Below are positions 24,818 to 34,521 of a stretch of 64,000 nucleotides of DNA, piece by piece; position 1 is the stretch's first letter, and every line of letters starts with the position of its first letter. Position numbers and translations under genes: made by a program. The notes below the pieces were generated by a model, which worked only from the letters and a program-made list of their open reading frames with translations, did no database searches and was not told the DNA's origin. This stretch comes from Blastocladiella emersonii ATCC 22665 (taxonomy: Eukaryota; Fungi; Blastocladiomycota): positions 1,736,001 to 1,800,000 of the forward strand of contig JANHCV010000003.1 in the NCBI GenBank assembly GCA_025594325.1. Direction: 5' to 3'.

Positions 24818-27367
24818 TCACGAAACGACCCGCAGCCGGTCACCACTCCATGCGGCCTGCACCGCGGCGCGCACCTGAGCGCCTGCCGCGCTCCACGCCG
24901 CTGCCGAGACCTCGAGCGCGGGCGTCAGCGCAAGCTCGCCCGTGGCACGCACCCGGAGGACGTGCCCCGCGAGCACCTCGACCGCGCCCACATCCTGCGC
25001 GCCGATCGCGAGCGCTACAAGCTCGAGGAACCCGGCCCAGTCGCCGTGGCGCAGCGGGCTGGCTACCGACAGCAGGGGCTTGAGCAGGCGCGCGCGGCCG
25101 CCGCCGGACGTGATGCACTGCTCGAGCAGGCGGGCTGACTCGAGTCCCGTGGCGTCGAAGCGCGGGTGCTTGACAAGAGCCCACAGGATCGACGCGTGGT
25201 TGGTGTCGACGGCGGCCTGGGCGTCGGCGACGCGCGGGATGGTGGACGGGTGCGGCAGAAGGCAGTCGAGGAAGATGTGGTTGCGGCGCAGCGTAATGGC
25301 GTTGCGGAGCCAGACGCAGTTGGGGGAGGAGAGGGTGGCGGTGGTCGCAGACGCGACGGCGTCGTGGGAGAGCAGGAGCTGGAGCACGCCGCGGTGGTTG
25401 CGCGCAATGGCGGTCGAGGCGAAGAGCTGGATCTCGTCGTGCGGCATATCGGGCGTCGCAGCGGGGGTATCGAGGAGGAGTCGGACAATGGATTGCCGGC
25501 CGTGGGCCACGGCCGTTTTGAGCGCGTCGGGACCGAGCGACGCCATGAACTCGGGCGCGTGCTGGACGAAGGGGGCGAGCAGCGCGTCGCGGCCGCGCTC
25601 AATGGCGTGCAGGAACGCGGAACGGCGGATCGCGGCGAGCGGGAGGTTCATGGGGGAAACGCGCTCGAGCAGGACGGCGACAGCGCCCGCGCGGTTACAC
25701 TCCATGGCGAGCGCCATGGCCGACGCGGACGGAACCGTTGTGAATGTGCCATGGGGCCACGAGAGGATCTTCTCGACGATCACGTCGAGCCCGCGCACGA
25801 GCGCCGCGTCGAGCATCAGCTTGGCAGCCTCGGGGAGCGCCTCGCCGTCGCCGTGGTCGAGGATCCACACGACCACGTCCGCACACCCGTTCGTGACGGC
25901 CGCGGGCGCGAGGCGGAGCGTCTCGGGGCGCGAGAGACGGGTATCTGCGCCGCGGTGCGCGAGGAGGCGCTCGAGGACAGGAACCTGGCCGGCGCCGACG
26001 GCAGCGTCGAGGACCTGGCCCATCCACGCGGGCTCCGCGCCGCCGGCGGTGAGCGCGAGCCGCGGATCGCGGAGAAACGTGTCGACGACATCCACGGCGC
26101 CCGTGCCCGCGGCCTCGAGGAGCGACGGGACGAGGTCGGCGGCGGCCGTATTCTGCCCGGGCCCTGCGGCGAGCAGGAGGTGCACGATCTCGCGGTTGCC
26201 CGTCTTGCACGCCTCGACCAGCGCAAGGTTATTGCGCGCGGCCGCGTCGAACCGGCCGTCCGCCAGAATCATGCGCACGGCATCGACGTTCTGCTCGCGG
26301 ACGGCCTTGACGAGGAGCGGCGACGCGGACCAGTCGAGCCCGGGCTGCGCGAGCGCGATGCGAAGCGCGCCGTCGGGGTACTGCACGAGGTCGTGGTCCC
26401 ACTCGGGCCGCACGATCTGGTCGGCGAACCGGCGGATCCTGAGCAGCGACGCGAAAAAGGGCCAGTCGGCGCTCGACAGTGCGTGGCGCAGCGCAACCGT
26501 GCCCGTCGGGTCGACGCGGTCGTCGGCGAGCAGCATCTCGGCGATCGCCGTGTGTCCGGCCTCGAGCGCCGCGCGCAGCGGGTAGCTGTCGCCGGCGGCC
26601 GGGTTGACGCGCGCGTCGGCCATGAGCAGACGCACGGCCTCCGGGTGGCCCTTCTGCGCGGCGAACCCGATCGGGAAGTTGTCGTGGGTCGCCGGGTCGA
26701 CAGCCGGGTGCGCGAGGAGCAGGCGCAGGAGCGGGATCGTGCCCTTCTCGGACACGCACACGACGGCGACGTTGCCGCGGACCGCTGGGTTGATCTCCGG
26801 GTGCGCGAGCAGCAGCTCAAAGCACCGCAGGCGGCCGGGCGTCGGGTCGGCCTGGAAGCTGCGCAGTGCGGCGCCGAGCGCCATGAAGCTCAGGTCGCCG
26901 ACGTACATGTCGTAGGCGTCCATGAAATCGGCGTCGGGTGCGACCTCGGTGCCGTCGACGGGGTCGTCGAACTGGCGCTGGTCCGCGAGTAGCCGTGCCA
27001 CGAGATCGGCCCACCCGCGCGCCGCCGCCGCGCGGATGCCCCAGAACAGACAGTTGGTCGGGTGCCACGCCGGGTTGTCGACGAAGGCGCGCAGCTGCGC
27101 GTGCGTGATGGGCTTCTCGTCGGCGCCATCCCCGTCGCCGCTCAGGACCTCGGGGTCGCGCTGCGCGTACCACTGGAAGTGCAGGTCGAGGAACTGGTCC
27201 ATGGACAGCGTGGCGGCGAGCGTGCGACAAGACTGCCGCAGCCGGGCGAGGTCCCGCGGCGAGTCAAAGTATCGCTGCAGCTCCTTGAGCACGTCGCTCG
27301 GCAGCGCCACCAGCGTCGGCCGCGGCGTCACTGAAAGCCTTCCATGAGTGTTGCAGCTAGTTGACAT
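24818..27367 (-). CDS. F-box-like + ankyrin repeat protein, intronless, 849 aa
   Basis: N-terminal LVALPSDVLKELQRYF...LARLRQSCRTL (F-box-like). Many ankyrin repeats, e.g. VDPATHDNFPIGFAAQKGHPEAVRLLM and VNPAAGDSYPLRAALEAGHTAIAEMLL. Confidence 0.85.
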   Translation of the reverse strand: MSTSCNTHGRLSVTPRPTLVALPSDVLKELQRYFDSPRDLARLRQSCRTLAATLSMDQFLDLHFQWYAQRDPEVLSGDGDGADEKPITHAQLRAFVDNPAWHPTNCLFWGIRAAAARGWADLVARLLADQRQFDDPVDGTEVAPDADFMDAYDMYVGDLSFMALGAALRSFQADPTPGRLRCFELLLAHPEINPAVRGNVAVVCVSEKGTIPLLRLLLAHPAVDPATHDNFPIGFAAQKGHPEAVRLLMADARVNPAAGDSYPLRAALEAGHTAIAEMLLADDRVDPTGTVALRHALSSADWPFFASLLRIRRFADQIVRPEWDHDLVQYPDGALRIALAQPGLDWSASPLLVKAVREQNVDAVRMILADGRFDAAARNNLALVEACKTGNREIVHLLLAAGPGQNTAAADLVPSLLEAAGTGAVDVVDTFLRDPRLALTAGGAEPAWMGQVLDAAVGAGQVPVLERLLAHRGADTRLSRPETLRLAPAAVTNGCADVVVWILDHGDGEALPEAAKLMLDAALVRGLDVIVEKILSWPHGTFTTVPSASAMALAMECNRAGAVAVLLERVSPMNLPLAAIRRSAFLHAIERGRDALLAPFVQHAPEFMASLGPDALKTAVAHGRQSIVRLLLDTPAATPDMPHDEIQLFASTAIARNHRGVLQLLLSHDAVASATTATLSSPNCVWLRNAITLRRNHIFLDCLLPHPSTIPRVADAQAAVDTNHASILWALVKHPRFDATGLESARLLEQCITSGGGRARLLKPLLSVASPLRHGDWAGFLELVALAIGAQDVGAVEVLAGHVLRVRATGELALTPALEVSAAAWSAAGAQVRAAVQAAWSGDRLRVVS

Positions 27368-27482
27368 TGCGTGCGGGTAGATTCATGGGATGTGCGAGTG
27401 ATTGGCGGGGAGGAGGGAGCGCAAATCAGCACGTTGATCAAACAAAAATCGCGACGCTTACCTGGACGCCTACTCGAGCAGC

Positions 27483-29106
27483 TCACAGCGTCGGCGCCAC
27501 GCTCGAGTACGACGGCGGTGGGGCGTCGGCCGAGAGGAGCGGCGCCGTCTCGCTCGACGCCGCACACGCCTCGACGCGGGCGCGGTGGACGCGCTCCGCC
27601 AGGCCCTTGGCCTCGCGCTCGCGCATGGTCTTGTCGCGCTGGTCGAGGAACGCCTTGCGGATCGGCTTGAGTAGCTTTTTGTGCGTGGCAACCGTGAGCG
27701 CGGCCGAGGCGATCGAGGCCGCGGCGCGGAGCGTCGACGCGTGCGCGACGGGCGACTTGGCCACCTCGACAAACGGGCGCGTGTGCACGTCGACCCCCGG
27801 CACGCCGACGTAGAACTGCGGCTGCAGGCCCGGGACGGCGTGGCTCACGTTGCCAAAGTCGGTGCTGCCCATGGACTCGGCGAGCATCTCCTCGTCGGAC
27901 GGGAACGTGACGCCGCGCACCGTCATTTCCTGCTGGTAGAGCTTGGTCAGGACCGGGTTGGACACGAGGTTTGTGTAGGCCATCGTGTACATGACGTCGA
28001 GCTGCGTGCCCGACGCCTGCGCTGCCGCGCTGAAGCACGCGACCGTCTTCTCGACGAGCGTCGTGAGCTCGGGCTCGTTGCGCGACCGCGCAATGAACTT
28101 GGCGCCGGCGTGGTCGGGGATGATGTTGGGCTTGGCCCCGCCGTTGGTCACGATGCTACTCACCGGGAATGGATCAGTTGTCGGGGTCGGTACGACTTCG
28201 TAGAGCACAGGCATACCCGTGAACGCGGTCCGAGGGCAGGATCTGCTGGCGCATGTGCGAGACGTTGGAGAAGGCGAGGCACACGCCGTCGAGCGCGTTG
28301 GTCCCATCCCACGGGCTCGCCGCGGCGTGTGCGGCCTTGCCGACGTAGTTGACCTCCATCCACTGCATGGCGAGCGACGCGGGCATGCTGTTCTCGCTGT
28401 CGCCCGGGTGCACCATCATGCAGATGTCCTGGTCCGCGAAGGCGCCCGCCTCGAGCATGCGCACCTTGCCGCCGCCGCCCTCTTCGGCCGGGGTCCCGAA
28501 CAGCGTGACGCGCGCGTAGATGTTGTGCTTGATGATGGCCTCCTTGGTCGCGAGCGCAGCAGCCACGCCGGCAATGGCGATCAGGTCTACGAGTCGCGGG
28601 TCGTGAGAAGGTTTACGGATCGGCACCGTCGCTGATGAAGCGTACTGTGGCCGCACGCGTGACCGAGATCGGGCAGCGCGTCATACTCGGAGCAGAAGCC
28701 GATCTTGACGGGCTCGTCATCCTTGGCGGCAGTCGGCGACGCCTCACTGTACTCGTACGTGGCGAGGAACGCGGTCTCGATGCCAAACGCGTGCTCAACG
28801 ATGGTGAAGCCGCGCAGCTTGAGGAACGCCGTGAGCACCGAGACAGCGTGGAACTCCTGGAACCCAAGCTCCGGGTTGCTGTGGATCTACCGCGGAAGGG
28901 CGGCGTAAGGGTTATGTTCGTGATATGGGGCGCAATAAAGTCTATACTTCTAGGCTGAGAGCGCGGAGGGCCTCGTCGTTGGACTGGATGGTGCCGTCGA
29001 CGGTGGCGCGGATCTTCTTGCTGAGCGAGGGCAGCGGCTTGGCGGCCTTGTCGGTGCCGCCGCCGCTGCAGCAGAGTGCAGCAAGTAGGTTGCGAAGCGT
29101 CTCCAT
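27483..29106 (-). CDS. PM20D2: Peptidase M20 domain-containing protein 2-like amidohydrolase (multi-exon)
   Basis: IHSNPELGFQEFHA, EYDALPDLGHACGH(N)LIA, GTPAEEGGGGKV, GKAAHAAASPWDGTNALD, GGAKPNIIPD and GSTDFGNVSH. Three introns. Confidence 0.9.
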
Positions 29107-29211
29107 TGCAGATAGTGGCGTTGGGGATACGGTGGGAGCAAGGGCGAACTCGGGGAAGGCGAGCCCGGGGGCGCCGCGAGCAACGCGACGCTCACGTGGC
29201 TGCACGCGCAA

Positions 29212-29240
29212 CTGATCGACGCGCGACGCGCGTCGATCAG
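29212..29240. repeat. Perfect 14-bp inverted repeat with 1-nt spacer
   Basis: CTGATCGACGCGCG-A-CGCGCGTCGATCAG, about 105 bp upstream of the M20 gene start. Confidence 0.9.
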
Positions 29241-29593
29241 ACCACCCGTGCTCGCCCAAAACCGTGAGTACCTGCCCACCAGCAGTCATGCGACGTTCCA
29301 TCACTCTAAATATCATGTTAAGGCCCTTATCTACGAGGGTCGGTGACGGAAAAGCGTCGTCACCATGTCCTCCTGAAGCGCAAGGGACGTCACGCATGCT
29401 ATCCTCGGAACTGTCAGAGTTGAGGGAAAACGAAATCTCTCGACCCCGAAACCATCCGTGTGATCGACCACCTCGCCCCGCGGCTCGGCTGCTGAAGTTG
29501 AACTCCCTCCAAACGTTCGCACAACGCTGCCGTTGAGATCCTTAAAACACACACACTTGTGGCCTCATCGATGAAAGCAAAACGTGGGTTTTA

Positions 29594-30199
29594 TCACACT
29601 AATTCAGGGCCAGAAACACAGTCATGTAGTGTACCAAGCTGCGAGGTCAAGACAAACAAGAGGTCGAGAACGCTGGCGATGCAGAATGCGTCGTAATACA
29701 CCGGCTCCACGTGGTTGACCAGAACCATGATCACAAAATACACCATAAAACAGGTACAGAGCATTGCCATAATCAAGAAGCCGTTGGCAGCGATACCAAG
29801 CCCCTTGGGCCCTTGGACAAATTTCCCCACGATGGACGACAGGATGAACGCGATGATTGGATCCATGCAGCACGACCCACACCCCGAAGGCCGAGCGGAG
29901 GAAGGTTTAGCTGGAGCAGGGGGTCGAGCAGTAGCAGGCGCTTGAGTGGGGACACGAGCAGGAGTGGGGATTTGGACTGGAGCAGCGCGGCGACTAGCGT
30001 TCTGCGAAACAGCTACAGCTTGCGATGCCTGCACAATAGGGCCAGCGTGACCTCCGGGGACCACGATCTCGACGGTCGTGGAAGTGACTCGCTCCCAGCT
30101 CTCTGAGTTGGCTACGCACGATGGGTCGTCAGCCCCCGCAGTTGAGCCGATTTCATCTATACAGCGGGCACGTACGAATCCCCCTCCATTCGAATCCAT
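29594..30199 (-). CDS. Orphan membrane protein (Pro/Ala-rich N-terminus, 2-3 TM helices)
   Basis: Open frame from MDSNGGG. Hydrophobic segments GFLIMAMLCTCFMVYFVIMVLV and FCIASVLDLLFVL. Atypical, AT-richer codon usage. Confidence 0.5.
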   Translation of the reverse strand: MDSNGGGFVRARCIDEIGSTAGADDPSCVANSESWERVTSTTVEIVVPGGHAGPIVQASQAVAVSQNASRRAAPVQIPTPARVPTQAPATARPPAPAKPSSARPSGCGSCCMDPIIAFILSSIVGKFVQGPKGLGIAANGFLIMAMLCTCFMVYFVIMVLVNHVEPVYYDAFCIASVLDLLFVLTSQLGTLHDCVSGPELV

Positions 30200-30594
30200 T
30201 GCGGCGGGTAACAGAGTTTGGGCGGGCCCGCAGCAGCTGAGCACTACCGAGCTGGAAGAGCGTGAGCGGTCCGCCTGCCCCCGCTCGCCCGAGCTGCAAC
30301 CCCCAAAATGGCATGCATTCAACCAAGAAACTGGACTCAATTGTTGTCAGTGCCTCGCGTGACTCTTCTTGATTGACCATCGGTTCCATCGTGGACGTTG
30401 ACGGGTTCAAGTGAGCTTTGTAAACAAAATGCGTCTTCCAACGACGGACCATTGTCGATTGGCGTTGGTGTGCGTCGAGCAATCGCCTCATCACCATCAC
30501 CGAAATCGGAGGCCACTTGCTCAGTCAAACTATATTGTCAAGATTCCAAAACAGGCAAACATCAACGTGACACGGGAACTCTGCCAAAACCAAG

Positions 30595-30888
30595 TCAAAC
30601 GGTGGAATCCTTGGTCAGAAAGTCCTTGGCCGATGTGAGGGGAGTGTCAGAGGTGGATGCGTCGGCTTGCTTGGCGAGGTAGGCAAACTCGAAAGCGATC
30701 GCGATACAAAGGAGTTCGAGCGCAAACACAGGCAGAAACATGCCAAGTGGAATAGGGTCCACAAACAAAAGGATGAACAAGCCAATGAGCGCAAAGAGGA
30801 TAGCGAGCGCCATGACACGGTTTCCAGCGAGGCGAGAGTCACGGACGGGTCTGACGAGATGCGAGAAGCGAGACTTTGAAAAGGTCAC
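30595..30888 (-). pseudogene. Short two-TM orphan ORF, possibly a fragment with an upstream in-frame stop
   Basis: VMALAILFALIGLFILLFV and FLPVFALELLCIAIAFEF. The upstream frame reads ...LFLINLP*FILRAPINII... with one TAA. Confidence 0.35.
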
Positions 30889-31421
30889 ACGGATGATGTT
30901 GATTGGGGCGCGCAGGATGAATTAGGGGAGGTTGATGAGGAAGAGGCGAACTCGCAAGGACACGCTAGGCTGGATAGGGGGAACTTTGAGCGGCCAGTGG
31001 CTGTCGCTTTGCAGCGCGGCGAACGTCTCGGAGAGCAATTCGACGAGAAACTGACCGCCATGCGCGATGCTACCGCGGACGCTCCCTGCAAAGCGCGAGG
31101 ACTCGGCTTCGAGCTCACCCTTGGCAAGTTGCTGATACTAAGTTCAAACGGCGCGCAGTCGGTTCACTCAAGTCGTGACGGCTGGTCAAGGATCAAGACG
31201 TACGGACGGATGTTTGCCCAAAGCCACGTTGAAGGACATTTTAGCGCGAATCTGGTTGCTTGCGAGTTGTACGGTCTTAGGGCAGACGAGGGAGTGCGGG
31301 CCTGTCGAGAGAGAGCGAGAGGGAGTCCCGGAACCTCCTTGAATGCAGTGCCACTCGCTGAACCTGCATTCAATCAACCTCACGTGTCAACTCGCGAATC
31401 AGCGTAAGGCTTGTTCCGTGT

Positions 31422-33246
31422 ATGGGTGTGTCCAATAGATGGACACGAGTCCAGCGTGTTCCGTTCAGCTCATTTTCGAAAAAAAACCCTCTTTATTTGC
31501 TGGACACAGAGGCTGAAGTCACAGGCAGGGTGCTGGCTGCAAGCGCGACGGCATCATTTGTGATAGCGACGAGGTTGCGAGCCAACATCGTGACCGACGT
31601 GTACCGCGACCGCAACGAGCAGCCGTTTAGGCGCATGCAGCGGCTCGTCAACCTGGCCGAGCGCGACTTCGAGAACGGCCGCACCCTCCACCTCGTCGAG
31701 CCGCCGTCATTCATCCCCGTGCTCGGTGTCCGCCGCCGCACCATCGGCCTCGACATGAAGTCGCTGCGCAGCGTCATCCACCTGCCCGAGGTTAGGGCGC
31801 CGCCCGACGAGAAGGCGCACAAGGGCGAGGCGCCCGAGGAGAAGGCCGCGCGCAGCGCCTGCATCAGCGCTGCGCACTGGGACCACCTCATCGAGGCCCT
31901 CGACAGCGTGCTCAAGCCCAAGATCCTGCGCGACGCCAACAACAAGAACAAGTACCAGGGCCTCACGGACGGCTTCCTCGCCCGCGTCGTCTACGTCAAG
32001 GGTGGCGTGCGCGTCAAGAAGGGCCACGGCAACAAGGCGTCGGCCAACAACGGGTTCAACAACCGGGAGGAGGCGGCGACCGCGGCCAAGGGCACCTTCC
32101 TGCGCTACAACAACTCGGGCAAGGCCATCTACTCGAAGCTGTCGCGCAAGCAGTCGTCCGACACGTTGGCCACCACGTCGGCCTCATCGTTGCCGCCGGC
32201 ACCGCCCGGCCCGCGCGCCGAGCTCAAGGTCCACTCGCTCAAGACGATCCACATCCCCGAGGGCAAGTACACGGTCTGGATGGACCCCGGCGAGAACGAC
32301 ATCTTCACGGCGCTCAGCGTCGACCCCGAGCTGTTCGAGGCCCACGCTGAGCTCATGCGCCTCGTGCTCCAGGCCGCCGAGCTCGAGCGGAAGGCCGAGT
32401 CGCTCAAGGCCAAGCTCGCCGACGCCAAGCTCAAGCGCAGGTTCAGGTCGTCACTGTCGTCGTCGGTCGAGTCGCCCAATGTCGAGATCATGCCCAAGGT
32501 CGCCAAGATCGCCCATGAGGTCGTGCCGTCAGTCGTCCTCGAGAGGTCGCTGTCCCACTCGGTCTCGTCCAAGACGTACCACCACCAGACGCTGCACTAC
32601 AAGATGACCGAGCGTCGCGCCGTGTGGTGCGAGGAGGCCGGCATGCCCGAGGAGGACCTCAAGCAGTCACTCGCCGCTCGCAGCGACCCCAAGGAGTTGG
32701 CTGGTTGTGACCACGTCGCCGAGGCCAAGGCGCTCATCGAGAGCCTCGACAAGCGTTTCCGAGGAGTTCCACGATCGCCTGTCGCGCATGCGGTTCATGG
32801 TCGAGGCCCGCGAGCGCAGGTGGTGGTCCAAGCTTGCGTACTCGCTGCGCGACGCGGTCGCCATGGTCGGGTGCAACCTACACGGTTTCGGCATGGTCTC
32901 GTCCAAGCTGAAAGCGCCCGTCAAGACCATGATCCGCGAGCTGCGCGCCGCCGGCATCCCCGTGTACCTGGTCGAGGAGAACTACTCGTCCAAGTGGTGC
33001 GCGGCGTACTTCTTCGCCGACCCCACGGCCGACATCGAGACCTTCAACCTCACGGGCAAGTCGTACAAAACGCGGACGTGCCGCACGTGCGGCGTTCGGA
33101 TCCAGCGGGACCGCAACGCCGCGGTCAACATCTTCGGGTTCGCGCTCGGCCGCTGCCACCTTGTCCGCGTCGCGCCTCAGATCAAGTCCACGTCGTCCTC
33201 GTCGTCGCCGCAGGTCTCACCCTCCTCACCGTCGACCTCGTCCTGA
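31422..33246 (+). mobile_element. Fanzor1-type (eukaryotic TnpB-like) RNA-guided endonuclease gene; frameshifted and probably 5'-truncated
   Basis: Frame 1: PSFIPVL...IGLDMKSL, LTDGFLARVVYVK and RuvC-I VWMDPGENDIFTA (D 32283-32285). After a 1-nt shift at about 32756, frame 2: bridge helix LSRMRFMVEARERRWWSKLA, RuvC-II VYLVEENYSSKWC (E about 32977), Zn knuckle CRTC and RuvC-III QRDRNAAVNI (D 33109-33111). Stop at 33246. Confidence 0.85.
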
Positions 33247-33302
33247 TCTGCCGCCGCCACCACCATCACCACCGTTTCTACGGTTTCTTCACGCGCACGT
33301 AT

Positions 33303-33406
33303 CCGCAATCGATGCAGCGCGTACGGTCCCGGGTGCGCCAAGTCCCCCATGTGTATAAAGCGCCCGCGTGGGACGATTGGGTGGCGCAGGACAATCGAAA
33401 TCGCGG
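33303..33406 (+). ncRNA. Candidate Fanzor omegaRNA scaffold (nested stem-loop downstream of the ORF)
   Basis: Nested complementary pairs: CCGC 33303-06/GCGG 33403-06; TCGAT 33309-13/ATCGA 33394-98; GTCC 33326-29/GGAC 33389-92; TGCGCCA 33334-40/TGGCGCA 33382-88; GTCCC 33342-46/GGGAC 33370-74. It starts about 60 nt after the stop and ends at a compositional boundary. Confidence 0.5.
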
Positions 33407-34367
33407 CGAGAGGGAAAAGAGCGAGTGTTAGGAGGAGGGCGAAGATTAGGAAGAGCGTTGCAAGCTTTCGGCTTTGTTGGGATCTCGGATAGGGTTGAAG
33501 GACATCACAACTCGCTTGGGGATGAATGTACAAGCGACGACGCTGTAGAAGAGCTTGAAAGGTAGAAGTGCGAAGCTCAGGAAGAGTTCCATCAAGCGGG
33601 CGAGGATCCCAGCCGGTGCCGGGACGACTTCCGCTGGTAAAACGGAACGGAGGTGGCATGGCCATCGTCATCGTCCTGGGGAAACGTTGCGTAGCCAAGT
33701 TGCGGACGACTGTTGCGAGAAGCGTGTCCCGCTTCAAGAAGGGGCGAATTCGCACGGTCAACGCTAGTGGATGCCACAGCTGAATGCTCCTGGGAGGGTT
33801 CCAGAGTGTGAGAGGGACGTGAACGCTTGTGCACGGCAACGACAACGTACAAGGGCTGCATCAGCCAATGCATCGGCTTTCGGCGCCATGGTAATTGAAT
33901 GAAGGACCGATTGAAGTGTGGAAATGCAATACAGTGGCCAAGCTCAACCGAATGCGACAGAAAGGAGGGCTCACGACGAGAGGTTCGCCAGCTCACGTAT
34001 GCGACGTGGCGAAGACCATCAACAACTTTATATACATACCATCGCCCCAAGCGCCCAAGCCTCCCTCCCCGTGGCATAATGTGACAAAACGTAACTGATA
34101 CGAAGGCACATTATTCCAAATCTGTCCTCAAGTGCTGAGTGCGAACCTGATGTCAAATCAACGGCTTTGACAAATCACCGCACAAACGGCGACGATAGTT
34201 GAGTAAATAAGCTCTAGGAGAACACGTAGAGCGTGCTGGGGGTAATTCGGGCAAAGGAAAGACCGCAGACCACAGACCTTAAACGTCCTCAAGACGCGAC
34301 GGCTACAACACGTGACCGCGTGGCGCCTCAGCCCGCGGGCCCACGCGGCCTCCTCCGCGCTTGATCG

Positions 34368-34385
34368 ACGCGTTGTGCGACGCGT
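34368..34385. promoter_or_regulatory. ACGCGT pair at 12-bp period
   Basis: GACGCGTtgtgcGACGCGTttc, about 140 bp upstream of ATG 34522. Confidence 0.5.
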
Positions 34386-34521
34386 TTCAGGGCCGCCCGA
34401 GTGGGAGACACCGTGGGACAGCGTCTCCCGCACGATACGGCCCGCTAAATTATGCACGACCTGCTGCTCCCTCCACTACGTAGCACGTCCATGAAGAGAA
34501 TGCATCGTGCCACTTGACGCA

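Noticed and set aside
32751-32765. Programmed ribosomal frameshift in the Fanzor
   Set aside because: There is no recognisable slippery heptamer or known +1 shift site, so a mutation or sequencing indel is simpler.
32760-33431. C-terminal about 220 aa of the 669-aa ORF 31422..33431 as a real protein
   Set aside because: After the frameshift this frame is Arg/His-rich text with no motifs, while the alternative frame carries the RuvC motifs.
29400-34330. Terminal inverted repeats, target-site duplication, Helitron CTRR end or a transposase for the Fanzor element
   Set aside because: None was found by eye. A 9/12 match (GATAGCGACGAG at 31562 vs AATCGCGGCGAG at 33399) is too weak to call. Multi-copy alignment is needed.
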